A DNA stretch of 64,000 nucleotides from Chloroflexota bacterium (GTDB lineage Bacteria; Chloroflexota; UBA11872; VXOZ01): NCBI GenBank assembly GCA_965220175.1, contig OZ244814.1, positions 2,439,045 to 2,503,044 of the forward strand, in the 5' to 3' direction. A program made the translations under genes and the position numbers. The notes under the pieces are model-generated. The model was not told the DNA's origin. It was given only the letters and a program-made list of their open reading frames with translations, and did no database searches. Position 1 is the first letter of the stretch, and each line of letters begins with the position of its first letter. Below, piece after piece: positions 29,916 through 38,837 of the stretch.

Positions 29916-30158
29916 CGCCAATAAGCAAAAGCAAGACAACTGAGCACAAATACCTAACCTGTGCTTCGACAAGCTCAGCACGAACGGAAAGCTAGGTCAA
30001 CACGATTCAATGCGAATTAACCACGAACAACAATCTTGACATAAATAACCATTCGGTGTTTAGCCGTTCGCCCTGAGCCTGTCGAAGGGCAAGTTTACCA
30101 AGAGCGAATCATGTGGGAGGCGGATCGAGGATTTTATTCGATCGAGGAATAGTCGGTC

Positions 30159-30998
30159 GTGCAAGGAAATTCCATGGCCACATTTCACATGCCCGTGCGC
30201 TCCTATCGCGTCCACCCACTCCCCGGGCAGGCGTATGACGACCGCAACTACGGCCACGTGCACAAGACGGTAGCGCTGGATACCGGCAACACGGCCGTCA
30301 TCGCCATCGACATGTGGAATCTCGGCGGCGACGGCGAACCCATCATTCCCGGTGTGGACAAGTACTGGGAATACAACTACATGGGCGGGCACGGCGTGGC
30401 GAAGCGGGCCGGCAAGATCATGCAGGAAGAGATCGTACCGGTGCTGGCGGCGGCGCGCGAGGCCGGTGTGCCGGTCGTTCACAACGAACCGCCCCAAATC
30501 CTCGCGCGCTATCCCGGGTATGTGCCGCCGGAACCATCCAAAAAATCCAGCGACGACACCCCCGATTGGCCGCCGCCCGCATTTCGCCGTGAGTTGTTGG
30601 CCGAATACTACCGGACGGTCTTTGGCGAGGGATACGCAGAACCCTGGCGGAAGATCCGCGACAACTACGACTTTGCCGACTGCGTCAAACCCGACCCACG
30701 CGACTTCCTTTTCTCCCAGCCTCAGCAAATAGAGGGTTTCCTCAAAGAACATAATATCCTCAATCTCGTATACGTCGGCTTCCTCTTGAACTTCTGCCTG
30801 CTCATGAAGCCCGGCGGCATTCTGCAGACACGCAACCGCTTTCGCACCATTGTGCTGCGGGACTGCACCGCCGCCTCGGAGACGGCGTGGTCCACCGGCG
30901 AAAACCTGATGACCAAGGCATTCATCCACTGGCTGGAAATCGGCGGCGCGCTCACCGCCACAGGAGAAGATTTCAGCAAGTCACTCTCGTCTGCGTAG
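30159..30998 (+). CDS. Isochorismatase-like cysteine hydrolase family protein (start uncertain)
   Basis: The TAVIAIDMWN segment resembles the isochorismatase-family ..VIDMQN.. motif. 279 aa. Confidence 0.5.
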   Translation: MQGNSMATFHMPVRSYRVHPLPGQAYDDRNYGHVHKTVALDTGNTAVIAIDMWNLGGDGEPIIPGVDKYWEYNYMGGHGVAKRAGKIMQEEIVPVLAAAREAGVPVVHNEPPQILARYPGYVPPEPSKKSSDDTPDWPPPAFRRELLAEYYRTVFGEGYAEPWRKIRDNYDFADCVKPDPRDFLFSQPQQIEGFLKEHNILNLVYVGFLLNFCLLMKPGGILQTRNRFRTIVLRDCTAASETAWSTGENLMTKAFIHWLEIGGALTATGEDFSKSLSSA

Positions 30999-31098
30999 CC
31001 CAGCGCGACAGGGAAAGGAGGTCGTGCCTACAAGCGCCTTGGGAAAGAGGGCGCAAACAAGACAATTTAAGCAAAGAAGACCCTTCAGGAGGGTTGTT

Positions 31099-32532
31099 AT
31101 GCGTAACACATTCAGCAGCTTGAGTAGACGGCGTTTTCTCGCCGGTGCCGGAGGTCTCAGCGGTGCCGCCCTTCTTGCCGCTTGCGGTGTGGCCCAGGCT
31201 CCAACCGATGCGCCGGTGGCCGATGACGCGCCGGAGGCTGAAGACGCTCCCACGAAGGAGCCCGCAACCGTCAACATACGGTGGATCGTGAACGTTGCCG
31301 AAAACGCCCAAGCGTTTGAGGACGGGGTGATCAACCGGTTCAGGGAAATGCACCCCGACATCGATCTCAAGTACGAGGGATCCCCGTATCGAGCGCATTA
31401 TGACAAGATGCTGGCCGAACTGGCCGCGAACGAGGCCATCGACATCCTCACGCCCGACCCCACGCGGTGGATTGAGTGGACGGACAAGGGGTTTGTGCGA
31501 GAAGTCACCGACCTTTACAAGCGCGACCAGACTCAACTCGGAGACACCGTGGCGCTTGACTGGATTGTCGACCCGCAGGGACGCTTCTGGTCCATGCCCT
31601 ATACGGCGCTCGGCACCATCCACATCTACAATACGTCCATCTTCGACAAATATGGGATCAGCGAGCCGCCGCGGCAGTGGAATGCCAGTGACGGCGGCGA
31701 GTACATTGACGTCGCGCGGGAGATTACGAGTAGGTCCAGCAGCGAACCGGATCCGATTTGGGGCATTTACACCGGCGCTGACTACACGACCGAGTTGAGC
31801 ACCTACGTCGTGCAGAACGGCGGCAATTTCCTCTCCGACGACCTGAGGCGTGCAACCATGCACGAGCCTGAGTTCATCGAGGCCATACAGTTTATGTATG
31901 ACCTTGAATTCAAGTACCGTGTGGCCCCGCCCGCAGAAGCGAAGGCTGCGTTCAGAGAGACCCTGGGCGAGGGCCGGCACCGCGACGCGCTGTTCGTGCA
32001 CGGGCGCGCGGCGATGAACAATACCTGGTTCAACGCCGAGAGCGGCTGGACCCACCCTGACGTGGAAAACCTGCCCATGAAGGCTGTGCCCATGCTGGAG
32101 AGCAGCAAGGCAGGGCCTACATCCAATAAGGTTGCCGGTTGGACCGCGGTGCAATACATGTGGTCCGGCGCAAAGCACCCGGACGCTGTCTGGGAGTTCA
32201 TGAAGTTCGCCATGTCGGACATCGAGTTCGGTGTGGCGGTGACAACGCTGCTCAACTACGGTCTGTCGGCGAACGCAAACGCATGGGACGATCCCCGCCT
32301 GGTGGCAACGAAAACTCGTCCGCCTCGCGAGATAGACTCCATTGCCACGCCGCTCCGGGAAGGCCGCGGCTTTATCACCCAGATCTTCCCCGGCTGGCGG
32401 GAGCACTTGGGATTTTTCAACGAGCAGAAGTCACTGGTGTGGAAGCAGGAGCTCACCGTTGAGGAAGCCATGCAGAACTCCAGCAAACACACGCAAGCGG
32501 TTATTGACGCGTATTGGGCCGACAAAGAGTAA
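31099..32532 (+). CDS. ABC-transporter extracellular solute-binding protein (family 1, sugar-type) with Tat signal and lipobox
   Basis: RRRFLAGAGGLSGAALLAACG marks a Tat motif plus lipobox Cys. A CAGGAGGG RBS lies 6 nt upstream. The mature domain is about 440 aa. No permease or ATPase gene is adjacent. Confidence 0.8.
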   Translation: MRNTFSSLSRRRFLAGAGGLSGAALLAACGVAQAPTDAPVADDAPEAEDAPTKEPATVNIRWIVNVAENAQAFEDGVINRFREMHPDIDLKYEGSPYRAHYDKMLAELAANEAIDILTPDPTRWIEWTDKGFVREVTDLYKRDQTQLGDTVALDWIVDPQGRFWSMPYTALGTIHIYNTSIFDKYGISEPPRQWNASDGGEYIDVAREITSRSSSEPDPIWGIYTGADYTTELSTYVVQNGGNFLSDDLRRATMHEPEFIEAIQFMYDLEFKYRVAPPAEAKAAFRETLGEGRHRDALFVHGRAAMNNTWFNAESGWTHPDVENLPMKAVPMLESSKAGPTSNKVAGWTAVQYMWSGAKHPDAVWEFMKFAMSDIEFGVAVTTLLNYGLSANANAWDDPRLVATKTRPPREIDSIATPLREGRGFITQIFPGWREHLGFFNEQKSLVWKQELTVEEAMQNSSKHTQAVIDAYWADKE

Positions 32533-32540
32533 AGATATCA

Positions 32541-32575
32541 GCAAGGGGCGATTGTCAATAATCGTCCCTTGCTTT
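32541..32575 (+). terminator. Rho-independent terminator-like hairpin (GCAAGGGGCGAT-tgtcaata-ATCGTCCCTTGC followed by TTT)
   Basis: Stem-loop begins 9 nt after the stop of the first SBP gene. Confidence 0.45.
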
Positions 32576-32734
32576 AGAATTGACACAGCGAAGTTGAGCA
32601 TATTCAAAGCCCAGTGAATGCTGGCCGGAAAGGAGTTCTAGGTGGGGGGTAGCAATCTGCGCCCGAGATTCTAGAACTCAATCTGCCATGGGCGCACGTG
32701 TGTCGTTCGCAGTCAATTCTGGAGGAAACGAAAG

Positions 32735-34168
32735 ATGACCGAACAACGAACAAGCATCACGCGTCGTGGACTCTTAGCGACATCGGCGGGCGCGGGCACC
32801 ATGGCCGTGTTTGCTGCCTGTGGTGTGGCGCAAGCTCCGGCTGCCGCGCCGGAGGCCGACGATGCGCCTAAGTCAGAAGACATGCCTGCGATGGAAGAGG
32901 CGACGGTCAGCGTTAATTGGGTCGTAAACATACATGAGAACGCGGGGGCTTTTGAGGACCTCGTACTCGGCCCCTTCAAGGAATTGCATCCCAACATCAC
33001 GGTCAACTGGCAGTCCATGGCGTATCGGGCGCTCATGGAAAAGCAGGTCGTGGAACTCGCTGCCGGATCCTCGCCGGACATTCTCGGCCCGGAACCCACC
33101 CGCTATCCTCAATATCGGGACGCCGGCTATATCGCTGACTTAACACCTTATGTTAAGCGCGACGCGGCCGCGATCGCCGACGTGGTGGGCATCGACTGGC
33201 TGCAGGACCCCGAAGGCAAGTCTTGGACATTCCCCTACGGCGTGCTGGCTACTATCCAGATCTACAACACGGCCCTTCTCGACAAGTTCGGCATCAACGA
33301 ACCGCCGAAGTCCTGGAATCCCAGTGACGGCGGGGAATTGCTTGAGACAGCACGCGAGATCACGCAGCGCTCCAGCGCCGATCAGAATCCCATCTGGGGC
33401 TTCTATAGTCGCAATGACTCCACCACCGAAGTGCCGACGATGCTCATTCAGAACGGCACGAACTTTGTCTCCGACGATTACTCCCGCTTCCGGCTGCACG
33501 AACCTGAATTCATCGACGTCATTCAGTTCCTGTATGACCTTGAATTCAAGTACCGCGTCAAGCCGACCCGGGAAGACGTGGCGGCGCTCAACGACACCAT
33601 TCCGGCGGAACAACGACGTGATTCACCGTTCGTGCACCAGCGCGCCGCGGTTTTCCACACGTGGTTCAACACAGAATCCGGCTGGAACGTACCGGGGGTC
33701 GAGGAATTACCGGTCAAAGCGCGGCGCTTCCCGGCCCACAGCGTGCAGAGCGAAAACTCGGATGCGGTGGGCAGCTACACGCCGGTGCAATACATGTGGT
33801 CGGGCGCCAAGTCTCCGGACGCCACGTGGGAGTTGATAAAGTTCATCAGCACCGATCTCGAGGTGCAGGTCGGCGTTACCACGTTGCTCAACTACGGCAT
33901 GCCCGTGGTCAAATCGGCGTGGGACGACCCACGCTTGGCGGAGCAGAAGGCGCGTCCGCCGCGCGAACTCACTCCGATCACGGAGCCGATTGGCGAGGGC
34001 AACGGCTTCATGACCCAAATCTACCCCAACTATGTTGACATTCGCCGGGTCTACCTGGACCACGTGAACATGGCGTGGAAGCAGGAAATGACTGTAGCGG
34101 ATGCCATGCAGAGCGCCGGCAAGATCATGCAGGAGATGATTGACGAGTATTACGCCAACAAGAGCTAG
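32735..34168 (+). CDS. ABC-transporter extracellular solute-binding protein, paralog of 31099..32532 (Tat signal and lipobox)
   Basis: TRRGLLATSAGAGTMAVFAACG signal. About 50% identical to the upstream SBP (shared YDLEFKYRV, QYMWSGAK, GVTTLLNYG). Confidence 0.8.
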   Translation: MTEQRTSITRRGLLATSAGAGTMAVFAACGVAQAPAAAPEADDAPKSEDMPAMEEATVSVNWVVNIHENAGAFEDLVLGPFKELHPNITVNWQSMAYRALMEKQVVELAAGSSPDILGPEPTRYPQYRDAGYIADLTPYVKRDAAAIADVVGIDWLQDPEGKSWTFPYGVLATIQIYNTALLDKFGINEPPKSWNPSDGGELLETAREITQRSSADQNPIWGFYSRNDSTTEVPTMLIQNGTNFVSDDYSRFRLHEPEFIDVIQFLYDLEFKYRVKPTREDVAALNDTIPAEQRRDSPFVHQRAAVFHTWFNTESGWNVPGVEELPVKARRFPAHSVQSENSDAVGSYTPVQYMWSGAKSPDATWELIKFISTDLEVQVGVTTLLNYGMPVVKSAWDDPRLAEQKARPPRELTPITEPIGEGNGFMTQIYPNYVDIRRVYLDHVNMAWKQEMTVADAMQSAGKIMQEMIDEYYANKS

Positions 34169-34199
34169 GGCTCGCTCTTTCCTGTGTAGTTATGGCCAG

Positions 34200-34240
34200 A
34201 CGTTCGCCCCTTTGGAAACGAGGGGGCGAACGTTTATTTT
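34200..34240 (+). terminator. Strong rho-independent terminator (11-bp GC-rich stem ACGTTCGCCCC / GGGGCGAACGT, followed by TTATTTT)
   Basis: A perfect stem plus U-tract is read directly, 32 nt after the stop of the second SBP gene. Confidence 0.7.
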
Positions 34241-34411
34241 CACCCCAATTCTTGGCACGGCTATTGCCCTATGAACTTGAAGTGAAGCCTCGAGAATTCG
34301 CGCCATCTCTAGATTGTGTTGTCATTTCGTGGCACTCTGTAAATCTAAGGCATTCTGTCATTTCGAGCGCAGCGAGAAATCTAGAATCCACACATTAGGA
34401 GTCTAAAGAGC

Positions 34412-34813
34412 ATGGCATTAGTAAAGAAAACTGTTCTCGGTGAGGGCGTGTGCCCGCCCTTCAGCAATTTTTCGCAAGGCCTGATGATCGATGGCGTCAA
34501 GCGCGTCCTCTTCATCGCGGGCCAGTTTCCGGTAGACGAGAACGGCGAACTGGTCGGCAAAGGTGACATCGAAGCCCAGACCCGCAAGGTCTATGCCAAT
34601 ATCGAAGCGCTGTGCAAAGCGGCCGGCGGGTCGCTGGAGAACGTGGCGCACCTTAATATGTACGTCACCGACATCCGCTTCCGCGCGGTCGTCACCGGCA
34701 TCCGCAACGAGATCTTCGCGCCGCCATATCCCACGGCCACCATGGTGCAGATCGGATCGCTATCGGGTGAAGACTGGCTCGTCGAAATCGATGCAATAGC
34801 CGTCTTTGACTAG
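34412..34813 (+). CDS. ridA: RidA/YjgF/L-PSP family reactive-intermediate deaminase
   Basis: 133 aa with the C-terminal RidA signature (PARS-like segment ...ENVAHLNMYVTDI..., ...PATMVQIGSL...). Confidence 0.85.
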   Translation: MALVKKTVLGEGVCPPFSNFSQGLMIDGVKRVLFIAGQFPVDENGELVGKGDIEAQTRKVYANIEALCKAAGGSLENVAHLNMYVTDIRFRAVVTGIRNEIFAPPYPTATMVQIGSLSGEDWLVEIDAIAVFD

Positions 34814-35121
34814 GGTTGCGTCAAGGGCGAGTCTTCACACTGTGCAAAAAATTCTCAGCGTAGAGTAAGACCTAGGTGGGCAAGACCGCGAATTCAATAA
34901 GAATAAGCAGTTGTCAGGCGGCCAATGGACTGAATTGGCAATGGAGAATGCGCGTTGCGGCAGTAAGCGATTGCGGGGCGGTGCGCCATGGTCGGATTGC
35001 CTCAGTGGGTCCGGCTTGCGGTGGCACGCCCTCAGGCTGCGGCAGTCAGAGCCGGCACGATTCCTGATGCCCTACTGAAAGTCAGTAAAGATGTCGGGAA
35101 GGGCACTTCTTTGTAGAGGGA

Positions 35122-35130
35122 TGCTATAAT
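35122..35130 (+). promoter_or_regulatory. Perfect extended -10 element TGcTATAAT inside an 840-bp noncoding gap
   Basis: The motif is read directly. There is no convincing -35, and no credible downstream ORF within 500 nt. Confidence 0.25.
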
Positions 35131-35656
35131 AGGTTGGAAAGTGAGGATTCCACGTACCCTCAATGTCGAGGAAGATCGCGATGACGTGGCACAGCAGGAG
35201 AGCCTTACTTTCACGTAGGGGTGGCACACCTAGCCTCGCCGCCTCGATAGCCCGTGCAGCCCGTCGGCAGCGAGCGCCTGTTCCATGGCGCCAAGCCCTT
35301 TGTGGTAAGTGGGTCTCCGCAAGTATTTCCCGTGCTCGCCAACCGGCGCTGGGCCGTCCTCTTCTTTACCGATTGGAGCCAGCCGTAGCAGCTTGCCAAA
35401 CGCGTCCAATGTCCGCGGATTCTGCAAATCAAGTCAGGACTATGCGTAATAGGCGCACCATCGACAAGGAAGCTCTGCTCACTTCAGGTTCATTCGAATC
35501 CGGACACGGTTCGACTGATGGCTCCCGGAGATTTCGGAGAAACATGGGCGGTATGATTGACACAATAGACCTCTAAGGCACGAACGGTTGCATGATGCAG
35601 TCAATTACAGATGACTATGGAACCTGACGCGATAGACACTTCCGCGGAGTTCTAGC

Positions 35657-37468
35657 ATGTCAATGCGATCGCGGTACGCGTGGAAGACGAGATCTCACAG
35701 GATACCCCGGCGGCTCCTCTTGAAAGTCGCTGCCGTGCCCGTTGCGGGCGTGGTAGGGGGATCGGCATTTGGCGTTTTGCGTTCCCAAGCTGCCCGGTAC
35801 GCCCTGCCGGGGACGTTCATTGGCTCCGTGGACATTTCCGGTTTGTCGATGGCGGAAGCCAATGCGCTGGTTTCGGCGCAGTGGCAGGACTATCTCCACA
35901 ACCCTGTGGTCTTCGGTTATGAAGAAAACACTTGGACACCCACCGCCAATGACATCGGTCTTATTGTAGAAATCGAAGGGGCGATTCGCGACGCGTTTGC
36001 CCGGGAACGGCGGCGCATGTGGTACTGGTTCTTGGGACTGAGTTCGCGCAACCACATTGAGTTGCCCATTCTGTTGAACTCTACAGTTGCTCTGAATTTC
36101 TTGAATGCTATTGCAGAGCAAATTGACCGACCACCCATGAGCTCAACGCTGGACCGCCAAGCCGACCAGGTCCGTGTTGTGCCAGGCGCTGACGGCAAAC
36201 GACTTGACCGCGAAGCTACATTGGGGCTGATGAAACTGCCCTCCGATCCACCTCAGCGTCAGACGGTCAATTTGCCGGTTCTGACCCTCGTGCCGCCAAT
36301 CACGCTGCAAATGGCCGAGGAGACAAAGTCAGTATTTGATAAGCTTGTTGCCCAAGGTCTGCGCTTTGAACTCGCAGGTGACGGCTGGGAAGTTCCCGGC
36401 AATGCATTGACTTCCTGGCTGCAGATTCACCAGGATCCCGAGGAACGCCGCCTGGCAGTCATGGGAGATCCCGATATGCTCCGGGACTGGCTGGATCAGG
36501 TTGCTGTCGAGGCCACGCGGCCTCCCCAAAATGCGCGCTTTACCGTCCGCGACGAAGAGGTGCATCTAACGGTGCCGGCCGAACAGGGCTATCAGACCGA
36601 CTCCGATGTGCTGCTCGCTACGGCGCAGGCTGCCATCGAGCAAGGAATCACGGCTCTGTATCTCCCCGCAGAAGTCCAGGAACCCGCGTATACGGCGCAG
36701 AACATGCACAACTGGGGGTTTGAGAATGTCATTGCGGAAGGCGTCTCATTGTTTGCCGGCTCGCCGCCCGAACGCGCCCACAATATTGCCCATGCAGCCT
36801 CTAAGCTGCATGGCTACGTGATCCCTCCCGGAGAGACGTTTTCGTTCCTCAGCGTATTGGGCCCGATCACGCGCGAAGACGGCTACCAATCCAGTCTCAT
36901 CATCTTTGGCGATCAAACGGTACCGGGCGTTGGCGGCGGTGTCTGCCAGGTATCGACAACCATGTTCCGGGCGGCATTCTGGGCCGGACTACCAATAACG
37001 GAACGCAATCAACACTCCTATCGAGTCGGCTACTACGAGCGCGACGGGAGCCCCCCGGGGTTCGATGCCGCGGTCTATGATCCGGGTGTCGACCTAAAAT
37101 TCGTCAACGACTCTGAACACCCGATCCTCATTCAGACTCATGTTGATGAAAAGACCATGGAGCTCAAGTTTGTATTCCACGGCCAGAGTATCAACCGCTG
37201 GGTGCGCATGCTGCCCGCCGTCGCCAAGAACTGGGTGGAGCACGGCCCGCCCCTGCCCGACAAAGAGGATCCGGATCTTCCCCTGGGTGAGCGCTTGCAA
37301 ATCGAGTGGGCAGTGGACGGCGTGTATGCTGAGATTCACCGAGAGGTCGTGATCGAGGGAAAGCCCCACCTCGATCAATTTCGCAGCCGCTACCGACCGA
37401 ACCGCGAGGGCTGGCTCGTTGGCACGAAGATCGTGCCGCCTGAAGAGCAGATCGGCCCAGTCCAGTAG
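35657..37468 (+). CDS. VanW-family protein with N-terminal TM anchor and peptidoglycan-binding-like region
   Basis: 603 aa. The C-terminal core (GGGVCQVSTT.F.AA.W.GL...HSY.V.YY, DAAV......DLKF.ND) resembles the VanW domain. Confidence 0.65.
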   Translation: MSMRSRYAWKTRSHRIPRRLLLKVAAVPVAGVVGGSAFGVLRSQAARYALPGTFIGSVDISGLSMAEANALVSAQWQDYLHNPVVFGYEENTWTPTANDIGLIVEIEGAIRDAFARERRRMWYWFLGLSSRNHIELPILLNSTVALNFLNAIAEQIDRPPMSSTLDRQADQVRVVPGADGKRLDREATLGLMKLPSDPPQRQTVNLPVLTLVPPITLQMAEETKSVFDKLVAQGLRFELAGDGWEVPGNALTSWLQIHQDPEERRLAVMGDPDMLRDWLDQVAVEATRPPQNARFTVRDEEVHLTVPAEQGYQTDSDVLLATAQAAIEQGITALYLPAEVQEPAYTAQNMHNWGFENVIAEGVSLFAGSPPERAHNIAHAASKLHGYVIPPGETFSFLSVLGPITREDGYQSSLIIFGDQTVPGVGGGVCQVSTTMFRAAFWAGLPITERNQHSYRVGYYERDGSPPGFDAAVYDPGVDLKFVNDSEHPILIQTHVDEKTMELKFVFHGQSINRWVRMLPAVAKNWVEHGPPLPDKEDPDLPLGERLQIEWAVDGVYAEIHREVVIEGKPHLDQFRSRYRPNREGWLVGTKIVPPEEQIGPVQ

Positions 37469-37995
37469 CCGCCGGGAGAGGCAGCAGTCGTTCGCCACGT
37501 GTGCGCGAAAACACCCGATCGTGCACTCAGTCGGCATGCGCCAGTTGCGACTGGCTGGGCGTCCGGAAACCATGACTTTGCAGATTGTGATTCTGCGAAC
37601 GCCTTTTCCCTCTACCTTTACCTCCAGTGCGCTGGTGCGCTCGTCCTCGGCGCGTAGGTAAAAGGCCGCTCAATCCGCATAGGCTCCCAGGAATACGCCG
37701 TAGGGCCCAGCCCCTCTGCCCCCACGCATTCTAGCCACTTCCCCAGTCAGAGATTTACTTGCGCTTAAGCGGCCGTTTCACCGTAGCACTCCCAGAGGGG
37801 GGCCATCTGCGGCCTAGGCACGCTCTAGTCACGTGAGAGCACCATCTACGGTTCCTTCGCCAGGTGATTGCCTGCGAGACTAATGCCCCTTTGCCAAGAG
37901 TTAATCCGGTTGGGGGGCGCCAGGGAATCTCATTGGACCGAACGCCGATACTTCGCAGTCTCAACCTGCAGATTCCAGTTGCGTGCGGTATGAGC

Positions 37996-38013
37996 TTGTG
38001 ATATGTTTCACGT
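37996..38013 (+). promoter_or_regulatory. Rex-box-like operator TTGTGATATGTTTCACGT about 60 nt upstream of rex
   Basis: Matches the Rex consensus TTGTGAA-N4-TTCACAA at 6/6 in the left arm and 4/6 in the right arm. Confidence 0.4.
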
Positions 38014-38075
38014 GGCAATTGCCTCTGACATGAGGAGCGCCAATGTCTGGGTCACCGAGGGGAAAAGCGCCGCAG

Positions 38076-38738
38076 ATGGCGATCAGACGCCTCTCCATGT
38101 ACTATCGTACATTGGCTTCCCTGCGGGAACAGGGCGTTGAGAGTGTTTCCTCAGAGCACCTTTCAGCCTTGACCGGATCTACGGCGGCTCAGGTCCGACG
38201 CGACCTGGCGTACTTCGGCAATTTCGGCCGTCGCGGCGTGGGCTACGAAGTGCATTCGCTGCAGGCGCACATGCAGGAAATCTTGGGTATCGGCGAAGGA
38301 TGGCCCATGGCGCTCGTGGGTGTCGGCAACTTGGGCTCCGCGTTACTGGCGTACGATGGGTTTCCCCGGCAGGGATTCCGCATCGTCGAGGCTTTTGATT
38401 CAGATCCTCGCCGCGTTGGCACGGTGATCCGTGACGTGGTCGTAAAGCCGATGGATCAGATCAGGGAGACCATTCACACCCGCCATATTGTGATGGCGCT
38501 CTTGGCTGTTCCCGCAAAGGCCGCGCAAGCCGTTACCGAGCAGCTAATCGATGCCGGTGTACGCTGCCTGCTGAATTTCGCGCCCGTGACGCTCAGGGTG
38601 CCCTCCCACGTCCACCTGGCCAGTGTCGATCTTTCAATCGAAGTTGAATACCTCTCATATGTATTGAGGGAGAGTGTGGCAGAGGGTGACACGGCCGGTG
38701 GCGTTCGCCCTGATGAATCGACCGTTTTATCTCGCTAG
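38076..38738 (+). CDS. rex: Redox-sensing transcriptional repressor Rex (NADH/NAD+ sensor)
   Basis: N-terminal wHTH (RRLSMYYR, HLSALTGSTAAQVRRDLAYFG) and a Rossmann NAD(H) domain (ALVGVGNLGSALL). The ORF is open from 38043; the conserved start is MAIRRLS at 38076. Confidence 0.85.
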   Translation: MAIRRLSMYYRTLASLREQGVESVSSEHLSALTGSTAAQVRRDLAYFGNFGRRGVGYEVHSLQAHMQEILGIGEGWPMALVGVGNLGSALLAYDGFPRQGFRIVEAFDSDPRRVGTVIRDVVVKPMDQIRETIHTRHIVMALLAVPAKAAQAVTEQLIDAGVRCLLNFAPVTLRVPSHVHLASVDLSIEVEYLSYVLRESVAEGDTAGGVRPDESTVLSR

Positions 38739-38837
38739 GATCGAATCAGGATTGCGGTTGTAAAAGAACAGAGAATCGTCCATGATAAGACCGGTGCGCG
38801 ACGAGATGACTCATCTATTGAGGCAAGAAAGTAGCTG

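Noticed and set aside
29055-29981. 308-aa minus-strand ORF
   Set aside because: Antisense to the class-III aminotransferase.
30973-32406. 477-aa minus-strand ORF
   Set aside because: Antisense to the first solute-binding protein gene. Its Arg/His-rich translation has no domain signature.
35163-35576. 137-aa plus-strand ORF in the long noncoding gap
   Set aside because: It is extremely Arg/Ser-rich and low-complexity, with no SD sequence. More likely noise or part of an untranslated RNA.
38739-38837. Second Rex operator between rex and nuoA
   Set aside because: There is no convincing TTGTGAA..TTCACAA-like site in this 100-nt gap. Only TTGTAAAAGAACAGAGAA is present, which is a poor match.
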